From assembly GCA_002842395.1 (NCBI GenBank), contig PHCV01000003.1:183421-207420 (forward strand): 24,000 nucleotides of DNA. Reading direction: 5' to 3'. This DNA is from Betaproteobacteria bacterium HGW-Betaproteobacteria-11. Lineage in GTDB: Bacteria; Pseudomonadota; Gammaproteobacteria; Burkholderiales; Rhodocyclaceae. Below the pieces are notes generated by a model. The model saw only the letters and a program-made list of their open reading frames with translations. It was not told the origin of the DNA and ran no database searches. Below, one piece after another: positions 22,698-24,000 of the stretch (the stretch's first letter is position 1; each line of letters starts with the position of its first letter). The translations under genes and the position numbers were made by a program.

Positions 22698-23576
22698 TTA
22701 ACGCTTTTCCATCAGGCCCGCACGCCGGCCGCGGATCACCAGCGCGATGCCGCCGAGCACGGCGAGCGAAGCGAGGACGAGGCGCGCACTGACGGCCTCG
22801 TTCAGCCAGAACACGGCGCCCACGGTGGCGATCACCGGCACAGAAAGTTGCACCGTCGCCGCCGTGCTGGCCGCAAGCGCCGGCAGCACGGCATACCAGA
22901 GGGCATAACCGAGCCCCGAAGTCAGTGCGCCGGATGCGACGGCGAGCAGGAACCCGCTCGCGTCGAGGCGTGTCTGCGGCCAGAAGATCACGCTCAGGAC
23001 CACGGCAAACGGCACGGCGCGCAGGAAATTCCCGGCCGTGGCGCGGGTCGGATCGCCTCCGCCCTTGCCGCGCAGCGAATAGATGCCCCAGCTGATGCCG
23101 GCGGCGAGCATGAGCAACGCACCCGGCAGTGGCGGCGCACTCAAACCCGGCAGCAGCAGCCCGATCAGTCCCGTCACCGCCAGCAGGAAACCGGCACTCC
23201 GCATGGCGGAGAACCGCTCGCCGCGCCAGTAACCGTAACCGATCATCGTCGCCTGCACGGCGCCGAACAGGAGCAGGGCGCCGGTCGCGGCCGGCAGGCT
23301 GAGATAGGCGAAAGAAAAGCCGGCGGCATAGACGAACAGGGCGCAGGCCGACCATCCGTTGCCGGCCAGCGGCTGCGCTCCCTGGCGCAAGCGCACCAGC
23401 AGCCACAAGGCCAGCGCACCGGAGACGAGGCGCACCGTGGTAAAGCTGGCCGCATCGATCGCCGTATCCTTCAACGCCAGCCGGCAGAGCAACGAATTGC
23501 CGGCGAAGGCGAGCATGGTCAATGCCGTCAGCAGCACAGTACGCAAGGGCAGAATTTTGGCTGGCATGCGCCGCAT
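22698..23576 (-). CDS. DMT-superfamily (EamA-type) transporter
   Basis: The track ORF starts at 23615. Likely starts are ATG 23576 or 23567 ([35 protein letters not shown]). About 10 TM helices with a duplicated EamA-like pattern. Confidence 0.8.
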   Translation of the reverse strand: MRRMPAKILPLRTVLLTALTMLAFAGNSLLCRLALKDTAIDAASFTTVRLVSGALALWLLVRLRQGAQPLAGNGWSACALFVYAAGFSFAYLSLPAATGALLLFGAVQATMIGYGYWRGERFSAMRSAGFLLAVTGLIGLLLPGLSAPPLPGALLMLAAGISWGIYSLRGKGGGDPTRATAGNFLRAVPFAVVLSVIFWPQTRLDASGFLLAVASGALTSGLGYALWYAVLPALAASTAATVQLSVPVIATVGAVFWLNEAVSARLVLASLAVLGGIALVIRGRRAGLMEKR

Positions 23577-23658
23577 TTTACGGTCGACCGGCTTGCCGTC
23601 CCGGCCGCGAATCAAGGATAATCCGGCTTCCTTTCACCAGCGCGGCGAAGAAGCACCC

Positions 23659-24000
23659 CATGGAGGCACGACTCATCGACGGCAATGCCCTGGCCACCAC
23701 GATTCGTGGCGAGCTGGCCGAGCGGACAGCCGCGCTGCAAGCACGCGGCATCGCACCTGGTCTCGCCGTGATCCTGGTCGGCGACGATCCGGCGTCGGGG
23801 GTCTATGTCCGCAACAAGACCGCCGCCTGCGAAAAGATCGGCATGCGCTCGCTGCAATTCGCCTATGCCGCCGACACCGACCCCGCCATCGTCTTCGCCA
23901 GGATCGCGGAACTCAATGCCGACCCGACGGTACATGGCATCCTGGTCCAGCTGCCGTTGCCGAAACACTTCGACAGTGACGCCATCCTTGAAGCGATCGC
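23659..24000 (+). CDS. folD: Bifunctional methylenetetrahydrofolate dehydrogenase/cyclohydrolase FolD; partial, C-terminus beyond the window
   Basis: Absent from the track because it runs off the edge. My translation from ATG 23659: [64 protein letters not shown]...[15 protein letters not shown], which is the canonical FolD N-terminal half. Confidence 0.9.

Noticed and set aside
1-24000. A scan for tRNA/rRNA genes, CRISPR arrays, IS elements, integrases and long tandem repeats.
   Set aside because: By eye I found no cloverleaf-like segments, no regularly spaced direct repeats, and no transposase or integrase-like ORFs. All intergenic regions are short except 6601..6753, 7231..7472 and 15073..15492, which are described above.

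Overview
High-GC proteobacterial chromosome segment, probably betaproteobacterial judging by gene content and the rsgA / pterin dehydratase / M48 peptidase synteny; this is inference only. Nearly all genes are on the minus strand. Left flank (1-4.2 kb): an MddA/ICMT-like membrane methyltransferase (partial), a WYL-domain regulator, rsgA, pterin-4a-carbinolamine dehydratase and an M48 peptidase. Next comes a secreted hypothetical paired with a membrane MutS-domain ATPase (4.3-6.6 kb). Centre (about 6.6-16.2 kb): a lower-GC block. My spot counts of single 60-nt lines give 43-57% G+C here, against 65-68% in rsgA and murJ. The block carries a complete copper membrane monooxygenase operon in C-A-B order (AmoCAB/PmoCAB family, metal-ligand motifs intact). 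Two paralogous secreted, C-terminally anchored PmoD/AmoD-like proteins bracket the operon. Downstream lie a lipoprotein esterase, an EthD-family protein, copC, a copD fused to a cytochrome c domain and a Cys-less redoxin domain, and a small periplasmic His/Met-rich protein flanked by palindromic repeats. Right flank (16.2-24 kb): murJ, a UbiA-family (DPPR-synthase-like) prenyltransferase with a GT-C glycosyltransferase, a type I-alpha DAHP synthase whose expected stop codon is out of frame, a class II cytochrome c, a MaoC dehydratase, a DMT transporter and folD (partial). I saw no tRNA/rRNA genes, CRISPR arrays, transposases or integrases. The main point of interest is the divergent CuMMO and copper-handling island, whose substrate (ammonia, methane or short alkanes/alkenes) cannot be assigned from this window.
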